From: Oikopleura dioica
Taxonomy: Eukaryota > Animalia > Chordata
Length of the DNA: 64,000 nt
Assembly: GCA_907165135.1 (NCBI GenBank)
Contig: OU015569.1
Location: 7,378,001-7,442,000 of the forward strand
Direction: 5' to 3'
Position numbers and translations under genes: made by a program. Numbering within the stretch: the stretch's first letter is position 1; every line of letters begins with the position of its first letter. Below the pieces are notes generated by a model, which searched no databases, had not been told where the DNA came from, and worked only from the letters and a program-made list of their open reading frames with translations. This document shows, one piece after another, positions 1-11,563 of the stretch.

Positions 1-1209
1 GCCGACGACATCGAGTACCTACAAATGTTGCGCTTCGTTCTGGACTTATCGACACTGAGACTTTGGGAGTACTCCAAAATAGGGAGGGCTAAAATCCGAA
101 TAGGCAATCAAAGTATTAAAGCAGATTTTGACCCATGAAAGACAATCTGGAGAGTCGTACCGCAAACTCTACGATACAGCTCAAGATGATCCAGAGAGTG
201 GTTTCCGCGTGCTTTACATCGATCCAGCCCTAGCAATCCCAAAAGAAGCGAAATCAATTGATCATACAATGTTTGATGAGCCTTTACAGCCGTCAAATGC
301 TGGTAACAAGCTTGATACTTTGGCAAAGTCAGGAATGATAGACCAGCAGATTCTTCAAAAGGTAAAGATGTTCATATTTGCAATTTTATTCATATCGCAT
401 ATTAAGTTTAAAAAAGGCGAAATAGACGAGAAAGCCATCAAAGAAAAATTGATGCCATTTGTTGGTGGCTCTGGTGCGATCGGAGGTGTATTACACAAAG
501 AGACTGGAAGTATTTATTCCTTCACCGAAGCGCTAGAACTTCGCCTAATCAAGCGATCCGTAGCAATAGAGTTTCTTCAAGGTATTTCAGTTGTCGTTCT
601 ACAAGTTTGTTTGAATCCTGTTTAGCTCAAATTGCTACAGGTGGACTTATTCATCCCAAAACTGGAGAAAAAGCATCATTACAAAATGGAATTTCCTATA
701 ATTGGGTGCCGAAGATATTCGAACACAGCTTACTAGAGGCTGAACGAGCATATAAAGGCTTTACTATTGCCGGCCATTCAGGTCCTGTCCCGTTAGTTGA
801 GGCTATCCGGGTTGGCATCGTTGGTGAAATGCAAGGCACGCGATTCTTAGAGGCTCAAGTTTCCACTGGCGGACTGGTCGACCCAGCATACGGATATAGG
901 TATCTTAGTAGTCTACGATCGAGCTCTTTAATTTTTCAGAATTCCTCTTGATATGGCGAAATCACAGAATCTCGTTGATAACAGAGTTATCGGACTGCTG
1001 ACACCGGAATCTCCAGAGCAGAAGGGATATGTTGACCCACAAACTGGTATGTTCTTTTTGATTTGTCATTTTGTTGATGAATTTAAGGCGAAAACAAAAC
1101 GTACGAAGAACTGCTATCCGCGTGCATAAAGCGCAACAACATTCCATTACTCCAAGTAACAGATCGTGCGAACCAGATCACGCAGAATCAAATGGTTTTC
1201 ATCGGATAA
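1..1209 (+). CDS. Plakin-family cytolinker (plectin/desmoplakin/dystonin-like), 3' exons with plectin-repeat domains; 5' partial
   Basis: Spliced exons give plectin-repeat motifs: RHRVPTNVALRSGLIDTETL, AQIATGGLIHPKTGEK, LLEAERAYKGF, RFLEAQVSTGGLVDPAYGYRIPLDMA, GYVDPQTGENKTYEELLSAC. Stop TAA at 1207-1209. Short introns, first probably GA-AG (84-124). Confidence 0.88.
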
Positions 1210-2674
1210 ACATACGCGAATTGACCCCTCGAAAATTGTACATTTATTACATACTGCCAAATATACTTCAATATTTAGTTTTAAACAGCGTCGCTTGATA
1301 TGAAGAGTTGAGAAAATTTCAAATTAAAAGTTACAATTTCAAGCCCATATTTCCTGAATCTAACAGATCGTTGAGGAGTTCTATTGCCAGGCGTTCTACT
1401 GCCAACATTGATTCTACCAAATGAGATGAGTTCCGATCTCCTCCGTTTCTGAATTTCGCGAGATTTTCGATAATTTGCCGAAAAATTCAGAAAGAACTTC
1501 ATTAGTTTTCAAGATCGCTCTATAAATAATTGAACAGTATCAGTTCTTGAAAACCAAAATATATCATATACATCGTCATAAAAAGCAACACTAGCGCTGG
1601 AGAATAAAGCACTTTAAAATCATTAAAATAAAATAATGCAACTCAAGCGCACCAAAAGTATAAAGGCATCCCTGAAAGAAATCAGCAGGATCTTCAAACT
1701 CCGCCACGTCCTAAATAAGAGTAAGGCTAGATTTTCGACTAGTAAGCAAATATCTTTTTTACTGAAGATTCTGTCGTTTGTAAATTCGAAGCTTCCTCTA
1801 GTTCAAAATTCATAACAAAGAGTGTTTTTAAAATTGTGCTTCTCTTGAGAATATTTTGATCTAAATCTGTCTTCCTCGACTTTCGGGTATTCAAGGCTCG
1901 CTGCTACGCTTCTGCTGTCAATTACTGTTAAATCAAGCAGTAGGGCAATATTTAGAAGAGGATTACTCAGACTCGATATTCAACAGTACATACAAGATAA
2001 GAGTACACGGCCTTGGACGTGAGAAAAAACCGGTTATGAACGACTCGTCATCGCTCCATTCTATTCGTCTGTTTAGATTGGAAGAAATAGTTATATTTGC
2101 TAATCTCTTCTACGAGTAAAGAACTTATAGAATTGAAATCGACTGAAAGAAAACTGAGGAAAGAGCTTTCCCGAAACTTGGAAGATCAGAAAAAAGTCTG
2201 TACAGCAATCAAAGGAAGGGAAAGACTGGCATTCCTTCATTATTTAAAAAGCGATCATAGTTAGCCCTTGAGAAAGTCGACGAACATGACTTGAAAGATG
2301 TTGAAAGAAGGGGAATACGACTACAAAAAGAAATCTTGTCCTGCTCAAGTCGAAAACGAAGACACTCGCAAGAAACCAGGATCTGCGCCAATTGTTCAAC
2401 TCAGTTCATAAATCATGGACAGTATGTTTTCCCTTGTGGACATATGGGATATTGGCGGGATTCAAATTGAAATTATATTATTTTAAAATTAAACATTATT
2501 TAATATAATTAATTTAATCAAAAGTCGTTTATGATATCAATTGATATTTATCATTTTCGGAATTCATTATCTCCACTGAAGGTTCCTTCGACATAACTTA
2601 TTTGAATCTTTTCAAAAGGTACTGTATCTCTTGTACCCGTCCATCTGGCCTACAAACATTTTACCGGTACTGCC

Positions 2675-3213
2675 CAGTGTTTGAAATAATGGTCAAAACT
2701 CTCGTGAGCGAGTGAGCGCGAGCAGAGGCCCTCAGAACTTTAACACGAGTGAGCGAGCGCGAGCAGACTCTTTTGATTTTTTGGTGAGCGAGCGAGCGCG
2801 AGCGCAGATACCAGGATTTTTCTATGAGTGAGCAAGCGTGAGCGCTCGCTCGCTCGCTTACGCTCACTCGCAGCTTTTCAACAACGTTTTCATTGAGTGA
2901 TTTCTTGAAAAATTCTAATACTTTTAAATTTGAAGGACTTTTAACTATCATAAGTTAATCATGTGTATTCTTACGAGATTAAAAGATAATATCAAGATAG
3001 ATTTCATAAATATCAAATGATTTTGTGATGAGGGTGACTTCACTAAAAATAACCGTGAGCGAGCGTGAGTGAGCGCAAGCTGGGACCTTGGAATTTTATG
3101 GTGAGTGAGCGAGCGCGAGCAAAGGTTCTCGAAATCAACGTGAGTGAGTGAGCATGAGCGCTTGCTCACTCGCTCGCGCTCGTGGCTCGCGCTCACCATT
3201 TTTTCAAACACTG
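2675..3213. mobile_element. Non-autonomous hAT-type DNA transposon (MITE-like), 539 bp
   Basis: TIRs CAGTGTTTGAAATAATGGT / ACCATTTTTTCAAACACTG (1 mismatch). Perfect 8-bp TSD GTACTGCC at 2667-2674 and 3214-3221. Internal arrays of GTGAGCGAGCGCGAGC in both orientations. An 8-bp TSD with CAG termini is typical of hAT. Confidence 0.9.
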
Positions 3214-3467
3214 GTACTGCCCGTCTTGCAGCATCGAGTTTCACCTTTCCCAACTAACGTCTGTCAAGCGACACTATTTTCGTCCAAGCAACAGAGGATG
3301 ACCTTTTGACAAGATCTTTCTCCAGCCAAGAGGAAGCTTCAAATTCGTACAACTATTTTTTTCACAGAATAAATCGCAGTTTTGTTGAATCATCATTGTT
3401 ATTAGAAGTGCAGAATCAGAAGTTTTTGAAAGTTTTAAAGTCTTGCTGGTATCGTAGAATGAATAAT

Positions 3468-4640
3468 TTACGTATAAGCATTTGTTTTACGCCTCCTGGT
3501 CGTGCGAGTATTAGTCTTCTTTTTTCGCTTTGTTCCATACTCTTCGTCATCCGACTCGTCGGAATTCGGGTTGTTCGCAAGATGGCTGAATTACAGATCA
3601 GATTCAGGCTTCCGAGCATCTTTTGAAGTGCTTAGAGGAGCGAGAACTTACCGTGCGAGGATTTCGTCGAGGGCAGTGTTATCGGGTGTGTTTGGTCTAT
3701 CAGGAGGGTCGCTTGGGCACATGGTTTCTAGTGATGGGCGCGTTTTGCATCGGAACTTTGTTGATGGGTAGGAAAACACCTAAATAAATATAAAAAGTCA
3801 ATATAAAACGTCGCTCAGTAACATAAGGATACGAGGGGCCGCTCAAGTCATACAGAAAACAAAGAAATGAATGCAATATTAGCTAGGCAAATGTATAAAG
3901 CGAAACATTCGTGAAGGAGCTAACTTTTAGTCCTCGCGTGGCAAAATCCTACTAGCAGGACAAATGTCTAGTAATCGGGAGTGTGGTAAGCGCAAGTTCG
4001 CCCGTCTGTTCACGAGAGGTTTCACGAAGCGCCTCACGGCAGCCCTGGCTAAGGGGATCAGCGCCACGCCATCATTTTTCACGAATTCCGTGAACACGGG
4101 CGGCGGCGGCAGTCACTCACGCTGGCCGTGAGCCCAGTCAGCAAGAGACCACCGCCGACACCACCTCCAACACTAGATGAAAGTACTTAAACGAAGGCGC
4201 TCCAATTGGTTTACTATACCTCCCAAAACCATGAAAACTAACGAATAAGATTTAAAAACATAACTAAAAATTATCGTACAAGAATAATTTGTACAATTTT
4301 GAAAAGCGCTTTTGTTTGTTGCTTCAAATAGTACTGGTTAGCCTTAGTAAATTATATTTTGGTCGAAATGTTTGATTTCATTTCTCACTTGAGTATTTTT
4401 CTGGGCTGGTTGGCGATGGTGGGCACATCTTTTTACTTGGGCAATCATCGACACTTCGGACTCTCGCTCGGCGACTTTTCTTCGCGCAGTTCTTTCCCGC
4501 AGCATCCTGAACCAGTTAAAATCTGCTGGCGTTTAGAAACAGTACCGGTTGTTGTAGATTCGGCACGATTCGAGGGCGTCCTTGTATCTGATGTTGTCCC
4601 AGTTGCGACTCGTAACTACTTTTCCGCTTTCGGAGACCAT
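3468..4640 (-). CDS. d4/DPF (Requiem) family protein, N-terminal domain only, about 152 aa, 4 exons
   Basis: Spliced product MVSESGKVVTSRNWDNIRYKDALESCRIYNNRMLRERTARRK...MIAQVKRCAHHRQPAQKNTQVFSYPSTKFRCK...DEILARHLANNPNSDESDDEEYGTKRKKK...AYT*. It matches the Requiem_N pattern of DPF1/2/3 (YKDA.E.C..YN.R; Q[LV][YF]SYP...[WF]R.K). All three introns are GT-AG; one is 609 bp (3780-4388). Confidence 0.75.
4010..4131. promoter_or_regulatory. TCACG/CGTGA homotypic cluster 1 (7 copies), in the DPF-like gene intron
   Basis: Pentamer at 4010, 4022, 4034, 4079, 4089, 4117, 4127 in a GC-rich island. Confidence 0.55.
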
Positions 4641-5381
4641 ATCAACTCTAAAATAATAGTCAATAATTATGAAATGAATCACGGGTTTGTTAATCTATTC
4701 AGATAATGTTAAATACACTATTCAATTTATTACAACAATTTTAAAGTAAAAACGGTTTCAATGAGTTTACAATTTAAAACTAAGGAAGAAAGAACAATAA
4801 GAGTAATATTTTCCAAATCGTGGCAGCATTTCTAGCAACTTACAGTGTTCTCTTTGAAGGAAGGCTCTAATTTGGTTTTCGCGGTGTTACGTGATAGAGT
4901 GAATGAGACAAAGGCGTCGTCACTAATTCGTTTCTCTTCTTTTTTTTTATTTTTTGGCGAGTTCGCGCTCAGCATTCACTTTCTCCATTTAAACAAGGAA
5001 GAAAGACAGGCAGCAGGAAAGTTTCTGGGTTTCTTTGACGGCGTGGCTCACGCTGGCCGAGGGCAGTACACGGCTGAGATAGTCGACGCTTCTCTTCTCG
5101 TGCGTTTTCTCTCCCTGCCAGGGCGAAGGAGGCGATTCGCGAAGGAAATCTAGATCGCTTTTTTTCTTTCCCTCTCTCTCTTTTCTTTTTGGCCCTGAGG
5201 GCGGTCGAGGGCAGCGTTAGAGCCGCCACAAGTCCCTTGAGGGGCAAACACAACGCGAGCGACGAGGTCCACTCCGTCAAGTCCCTCCTCGGGTGACGAT
5301 CTCACTCTGGGAGCCAACGCGCCCACGGCCAAAGCCAAAAAAAAGAATCGCCATTTTGGCCTATTTTCAAACGCGCCTTAA

Positions 5382-6070
5382 GGGATCCCCCCCTGATTTT
5401 TCAAATCTTTATGACGGGTCTACCAGTGCCATATTTAAATTCCTCGTTTCATAAGGATCATTTTGATGGTTAATTGTACCCGATTACAAACATCGTTACC
5501 CAAAATTTTTGCACTTGAAAATCGCGAAAATGCATGTAAAATGAACTTAGCGTGAAAATCGTAATTTTTTTCGACTTTTCAGTGTCATCAAAAGTAGACG
5601 AATAAGGGGTCTATCGAAAGCCTAGAATGTACTGAATAAGAATATAATAACCGCACTAGATATTCTGGCCACAAATTGGCGCTAGAGAGCAATTTGAAGC
5701 TAAAAAAGGGTAAAAATGGCTTCAAAAAGTTGTTCATTAGAAATTTCTTCTGTTACTTTATCAATCACACTTATCATGCATGCAAATGTAGCCAAGGGTC
5801 TAAACTTCATAACAATGAAGTAATATAAGGAATGCATAAGGCCAGAAAAAAGTAGATACAACTTGAAAATGGCCGAAAATGGCCGTTTTTGGCAACCTAA
5901 GTCACTTTGACGGCTTCTAATGCATAAGTGAATCTTATAACTAGGGGCTTATCGTGCATGCGTTTGCTCGTCAAGAAACGGGCTTCAATTTGAGCCCCTT
6001 TACAGACCCACACGCAAGACGAGTAAAAAGTAGATAGGGGTCAGAGTTGGGAAAATTGGGGGGGGATCCC
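5382..6070. mobile_element. Non-autonomous TTAA-flanked DNA transposon with GG...CC termini (Kolobok-like), 689 bp
   Basis: TTAA at 5378-5381 and 6071-6074 flank inverted termini GGGATCCCCCCC.../...GGGGGGGATCCC with further partial match (TGATTTTT vs CAATTTTC). No ORF inside. Confidence 0.8.
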
Positions 6071-6745
6071 TTAAATCAAGAGGTTGTTTCAAAAATTTAA
6101 AACAATTACATTTTTTGGAAGTTCATACCTTCGTCTAGGTTTGAATAAAGCTAAATTAAAAAATTCAAAAAAATCATTACGATATACCATCGTCGAACCT
6201 AGGATCTGAAAATCTTGAAAAATGAGTTTTTAAATAAAAATAATTGTCTCTCGTAATAAAATTAATAAATTCTAGCAATAAAATTAACTTTTGTGAAGGA
6301 TGAAAAGCTTTCACATTTAATTTGAGAAAAAGTTCTTCTTCTGGTGGTCACTGAGAGGGGTAGATATTTTGATATCAAACTACTTTTTTACCAAAATCGA
6401 CTTGCTGAATTCGTCCGAAATTTTAATTGCAGAGTTCATCAAAATCTACGACCCAAAATTCCAAGTTGGAATTTCGAGGTACTCAATTTCTTTTCTGCGA
6501 ATTCCTGACAAATGAGAGGATTTCGAATTTTTATAGCTTGAAAGAAAAGATTTTTCTGATTTGTGGAAGCTAAAACTCAACTAGCTTCTAATTTATAAAT
6601 TTTAATTCAATTCCCAACAAGCCAATTCATGACAATTTCCACAAGTCCCTGCTTTCGCCTCCTTGAATACTGGAGTCGTAAAAAGAGCTGTAGAAAAGAG
6701 CGCGCAGCTTTTGAATAGTCATTTTCGTCATGTCAAAAATCAGAT

Positions 6746-6790
6746 TCACGAGCGCGGTTCACGAGGAAAAGCTCTCACGCGCGTTCGTGA
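6746..6790. promoter_or_regulatory. TCACG/CGTGA cluster 2 (4 copies in 45 bp)
   Basis: Pentamer at 6746, 6759, 6775, 6786. Confidence 0.5.
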
Positions 6791-7608
6791 GCGCAACTGC
6801 GCGCTCCCTTCAACGCCGCGCAAATTTATTATTTTTTCTTCTTTTTCGATTTTTGCACTTTTAAATTCACGTTTTTAATTTTATAATGTCTTCCTTTCCT
6901 GTTAGTCGCGCTAAGAGCCGAATTATCCCACGGTTATCAACGATGAGAAAAAGTTTCAAAAAATTCTCACGTGATTTGAAGATCTTCTAAAAGAAAACAT
7001 TAATAATTTGTCTATTCAGGTTTTCGTTGAGAATTTCTTCGTAATTTTTGATCAACGAAAGCGAGACTGTACAAAAAACAGAACAAGATTAAGGCGATCA
7101 GGAACCTTTTGAAATTTTATATGACGATTAAAGAGAGTCTTATTTTTTGCGTTAATTGATAGTGGCAAATTTATTAAAATATTTTGACAAAGGTGTACTA
7201 CGAAAAAAATTGGGCTACTACATCATCACTGGCGCGGTTCATCTTTAGACGGTCTGGTGGGAAAACGCCGCCACCACACGTCGCAGGGTGTAGTGGAGCT
7301 GAGCTGTGTTGAGTGATCAGCCACAATCAACTCCCAAAGATCGCGAAAACCAATTTCACAGTCCTGAAAAACAACCTGTTCCTCTTCAGAAGCAGCAGAT
7401 ATGGAGCTCAAAATAATTCCCTTCTCCTCCTGATCTTGAAATTCATTCCAAAAGTGTAAATTGTCAAGTTCTGTCACCGAAGTTCGGAAGAAAAAAATCG
7501 ACCCTTGCGAAAGATCCTAAGAGCTGCAGTTCATCACTCAGCTCTAGAAGAGGACTTGTCCACTTCCTCATTACTGGGATAAACACCTTGAATGAAAGAT
7601 GAAGATCT

Positions 7609-7778
7609 CGTGAAGAGTGGAAGTCTCACGAAAGGTGCCAAATCGAGAAGAAGGGTGATGTTGCTTCCAACTGGAAAGAAGGTCGAGCTCCAGCTCCGAA
7701 AGAAAGAGCTGAGACGGCGGTCTCACGTGACTTTGCGGTTTAGCCTGCTCGTGAGTCCTTTCGTGAGTCGCACCGTGA
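7609..7778. promoter_or_regulatory. TCACG/CGTGA cluster 3 (7 copies)
   Basis: Pentamer at 7609, 7626, 7723, 7726, 7750, 7762, 7774. Confidence 0.5.
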
Positions 7779-8199
7779 ACCGCAATTTCGGCCTCCGGAC
7801 TTAGCTGCCAGCAAGTACTACTAGACAGAACTTCTGATGCAGTTAAATTATTGCTAAGCAAAAATCCCTCTCTTTAGGGATGAATAGCTAAAGCGAGCGC
7901 TTTCTCTCAAAACACTCAACCCAAATAGCAGACAAAATTTCAAAAAAAAAGCGAAACTGAACAAGTTTTTTAGGAAGAAATGATAAACAATTTATATAAA
8001 AAAATTTTAATAATTAAGTAAGAATAATTAATTCGCAATTAAATTTGTGGTAATTTGTTTTTTAGAAATATTTTGATAGATAAATTTATTATTTTAGAAA
8101 GTCCTAATACAGTCAGAGCCAAAAATAAGGGACACCAAGATAAGGAACTTTTTGGCGCAAAATGATGAAAATCTGCGGCACGATTTGTATCGGCTGCTC

Positions 8200-8300
8200 C
8201 TGGATCGCGCGGAATCCTGGATCGCGCGGATCCCGGATCGCGCGAATTCCTTGATCACGCGGATCGGGGGATTCAGGATTCCGCGCGATCCAGGATTTCG
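8200..8300. repeat. Tandem 17-bp unit (CTGGATCGCGCGGAATC-like), about 4 copies plus one inverted copy; mirrored at 9745-9840
   Basis: Directly visible degenerate tandem units inside both arms of the foldback element. Confidence 0.85.
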
Positions 8301-8452
8301 AAAAAAGTCAGAAATTTAATTTACAATTTTGCTTTTCTTATCAAAAATGGCCAGAACTGTTGTTAAACCATGTAATTCTTATCTTTTCAATTCAGAAATG
8401 TAAGAATATCAAATAAGTAGAACCTTCAACGAAGTCATCATTCAACTATTTT

Positions 8453-8779
8453 TAGTTGTTTGATTTCCGGGACCTACTTTTATGCGCAGGGATAAGCAGC
8501 GCGCAAGTTCCATTTAGAGGCGAGAAATGGATGGCAGTGACTGATTTTCGTAGGGACAGATTAGGATAAAAATTGAGAGCTATTCTTATTTAAGATAAAT
8601 TATTTATCATCATTAACGATTCCCTTCATTTCCTTCTCTTGATTATTTTCAAAAAATTTCTCAAATAACTGTCTGTCCCTGCGAAAATCCTGGACTACCT
8701 TCCATTTGTCACCTCCAAATGGAACTTGCACGCTGCTAATCCCTGCGCATAAAAGTAGGTCCCGGAAATCAAACAACTA
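8453..8779. mobile_element. MITE (about 325 bp, about 105-bp TIRs, TA-flanked) nested in the left arm of the foldback element
   Basis: TAGTTGTTTGATTTCCGGGACCTACTTTTATGCGCAGGGA is a perfect 40-nt inverted match to 8740-8779. It is absent from the equivalent point of the right arm. Confidence 0.9.
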
Positions 8780-10129
8780 ACAATCAGGGTGAAAAATGGC
8801 GTGGGATATTTGTGGGATCTCGCGCGCGCGGTGAAAAAACCTCCCAGGGCGTGTGGGAGGTTTTTGGCTTCTCACAGAGCGTGGGGGAGCTAAATTTTTT
8901 CGCGAGGCGAAGTGACTTTACGCTTTTCTCAAAGCTTGAATGTAAAAAGGGACTTTCACGGTGAAAAATGCTTTGCTCTTGTTGAAAATTTAGTTATAAA
9001 TATAGATTTTCTAGCTGATTTCAATGATACCAAAATAACTGCAGCATCATTTCCCTCTATAAGTTATAGACTATAACTGATCTGACGTCCTGAACAAAAA
9101 TTAAATGCTTGACAACATCTGATGATGGATTCTAGGGTAGAAAAAGAATTATTTTCACTGTTTATGACTGTATAACGAAAAATTTGGTGATTCTTCGCGT
9201 AAATTTCGCGGATCAGAAGTTGTTTTTTCTTTTAAATTAGTAAGCTAACATGATCCATTTTACTTCCGGAATTTTTTTTTGTGTTAATCACCCGGTACTA
9301 TTTGCATCTGATTTCGACTACATGGTCACAATAAGCCCCCACTGAGATTACGGCGCGCTTATGCTTTTTGGGCTCGCCGCGCATCGCGTAAAGCACTAGC
9401 CGTAGTGCTCGTGCGCTCCCAGGCTCTCTGTGAGCTCACAGCGCGTGGGTGATCTCGATTTTTAGGTACCTCACAGAATTTTCTGTGATAATGGCGCCAC
9501 CTCCCACGCGCTCTGGGAGGTTTTTTTGCCGCGCGCGCGAGATCCCAGGCAAATCACGCGCCATTTTTCACCCTGGGTTAGTAACAATAGTTGAATGATG
9601 ACTTCGTTGAAGGTTCTATTTATTTGATATTCTTATATTTCTGAATTGAAAAGATAAGAATTACGATGTTAACAATAGTTCTGGCCATTTTTAATAAGAA
9701 AAGCAAAATTATGAATTGAATTTCTGATTTTTTTTTTCGAAATCCTGGATCGCGCGGAATCCTGAATCACCCGATCCGCGTGATCAAGGAATTCGCGCGA
9801 TCCGGGATCCGCGCGATCCAGGATTCCGCGCGATCCAGGAGCAGCCATTTGTATCATACAATCATCATTGATTTCAATGTTAAATTGAACCAATTTAAGG
9901 GACGTTTTTCGAAAATTTCAGAGCAGAAAAAGTCCCTTATTTTGGACTCCGACTTAAAAAAAAAAGAATAAAAAAATTCAAATACAATTAAAATAAAGTA
10001 AATCGGATAATTAAAAAAATAAACATAATTTCTATCGGTATAGAAGAAGGAAGATGAGGAAAAGCGAAATTCTTCGAGAGTGGTGCTTAGTGTGGTCGAA
10101 TTTCCGATTTCTTCTGTGCGTGTTCGGCG

Positions 10130-10167
10130 TCACGTGAACGCTTTTCATCTTTTCACGGCGCTCGTGA
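10130..10167. promoter_or_regulatory. TCACG/CGTGA cluster 4 (4 copies in 38 bp)
   Basis: Pentamer at 10130, 10133, 10153, 10163. Confidence 0.45.
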
Positions 10168-11007
10168 GTTGCGCGCTTTCTAGCGCCACCCTTGCAGTGA
10201 GCGCGCGCGCACCCATTACATCGCGCAATTTATAAACGCTTTTCTGTTTACCAACTTTCATGTCAATTCTAGCTTTTATACCACAACCTAAAGGTTCAGT
10301 TCAAATCTCTGCTTGTGCGATTTAAAGTCTTTCATTGATCATCAATTATGCTAGATTAACTCGTGTCTTAAAAAATGCACCTAAACCCAATAATCACTAT
10401 TTTCTATTGTTCATTCTTAATGACAGTCAGAAATGGTACTTTGTGAACCGAGAATAAATATACAGTGTTTAATGTATTGACAAAAAAATGATATTTTCTC
10501 GGTAAATCCTGACCCCATGTTTCTTGGGCGAAATTTGAAGTTGTCGATATTTGGTAAAAAAAAAATACCCAATAGCTGTCTCTGATCGAAGAAAAGATTA
10601 TATCCCTTTAATTTATTTATTTTATGAAATTGAAGCTTATTTTTTTACAAAAAGTCTACAACGACGTTTTTTTTTATGTTTCTATCGATATAAGTTGTCG
10701 TTGACAAATTCAAAGGAGCGAAATTAGAGGTTCGAATTCCAGTAAAGCTCCAAATCATCGTTCAAAGTTTGAAATCAGTCAATCGTTCGACTTCCCCTTC
10801 TGAAAACTTGTCAGAGAGTTGTTAGATAGCTTTGTCCTTTGAATTTGATTTGTACTCCTCGAAATCGCCATGAACCTCATGAATGCTGCCACTAGAATCA
10901 AGCAGATGAGGGAAAGGAGAGCGATGGAATGAAGAGCAATGGCGTTTGAAGGGAGCTATTACAAAGTGCGTTTCGGCGTTGCGAGCGGCGTCGCGCGCTT
11001 TTTGACT

Positions 11008-11193
11008 TCACGAGCGCGTTCAGCCGCTCGTGAGCGCGCTGGCCGTGATGCAACCGGGACTTCCGTGAAGAGCATTTGCGGCTCACGATGCGTGAGTGGT
11101 TCGGCCGCGCTCGCGGCGTCTCGTCCGCCGCCAACTCTTTCACGGGCCCTTTTCACGGGAAGCCTTTCACGGACTCAAAACTCGCCAATCACG
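11008..11193. promoter_or_regulatory. TCACG/CGTGA cluster 5 (10 copies in 186 bp)
   Basis: Pentamer at 11008, 11029, 11044, 11064, 11083, 11091, 11140, 11153, 11167, 11189. Confidence 0.6.
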
Positions 11194-11541
11194 ATACACA
11201 CCAATAACACGCGCACACACATCCACTCAAACAGACATTAACTCCCATCACCAAAAGAGGCCGCAGTTTTTTTCGTATTTTATTTCGGCTCTAATTAGAA
11301 GCGATCGGCGCGTGAGAGACTCTCCTCCAGAAGCCCAAAGAAAAGCGAAAGTCGAGTAAATGACTCAAGAAGAATCTTCTCTTTGAAAATAAAACTATCT
11401 GAAAGGTAACTTTCGCATTTTGAAATCGTCATTGTTGAACTTTGAATTAAATCATTTTTTCTAATTTTTGCTTTATCAAAGCTATCTCCAATAATTCTCG
11501 CTGGTCAGCCTGCTAAGTAGCGGCGAAACTAGCCTAAGAGT

Positions 11542-11563
11542 TCTCTCTCTCTCTCTTTCTCTC
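11542..11563. repeat. Short (TC)n microsatellite
   Basis: TCTCTCTCTCTCTCTTTCTCTC. Confidence 0.6.

Larger units (their letters stand above)
8110..9954. mobile_element. Foldback-type non-autonomous element (about 1.85 kb), probably Tc1/mariner-derived, with long inverted arms
   Basis: Outer termini TA|CAGTCAGAGCCAAAAATAAGGGAC and GTCCCTTATTTTGGACTCCGACT (20/23 match as inverted repeats). Long inverted arms at about 8192-8452 plus 8785-8856 versus about 9500-9846. No transposase ORF. Confidence 0.75.

Noticed and set aside
1281-2420. Short ORFs between the plakin stop and the hAT element, including LVSCECLRF faintly resembling a DPF PHD segment
   Set aside because: Lacks the Cys/His spacing of a PHD finger; I could not build a coherent spliced model.
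2661-3253. Two minus-strand ORFs (96 and 101 aa) within the hAT element
   Set aside because: They translate the GAGCGAGC repeat arrays; no transposase motifs.
8200-8300. Regularly spaced 17-bp units as a possible CRISPR-like array
   Set aside because: Contiguous tandem units with no unique spacers, inside a eukaryotic TE; no cas genes.
9669-9971. ORFs of 74 and 63 aa
   Set aside because: They lie in the right arm of the foldback element and translate its subrepeats.
10715-10752. tRNA-like GGAGC...GGTTCGAATTCC...GCTCCA
   Set aside because: Only 38 nt, with no D or anticodon arm, and the T-stem does not pair.
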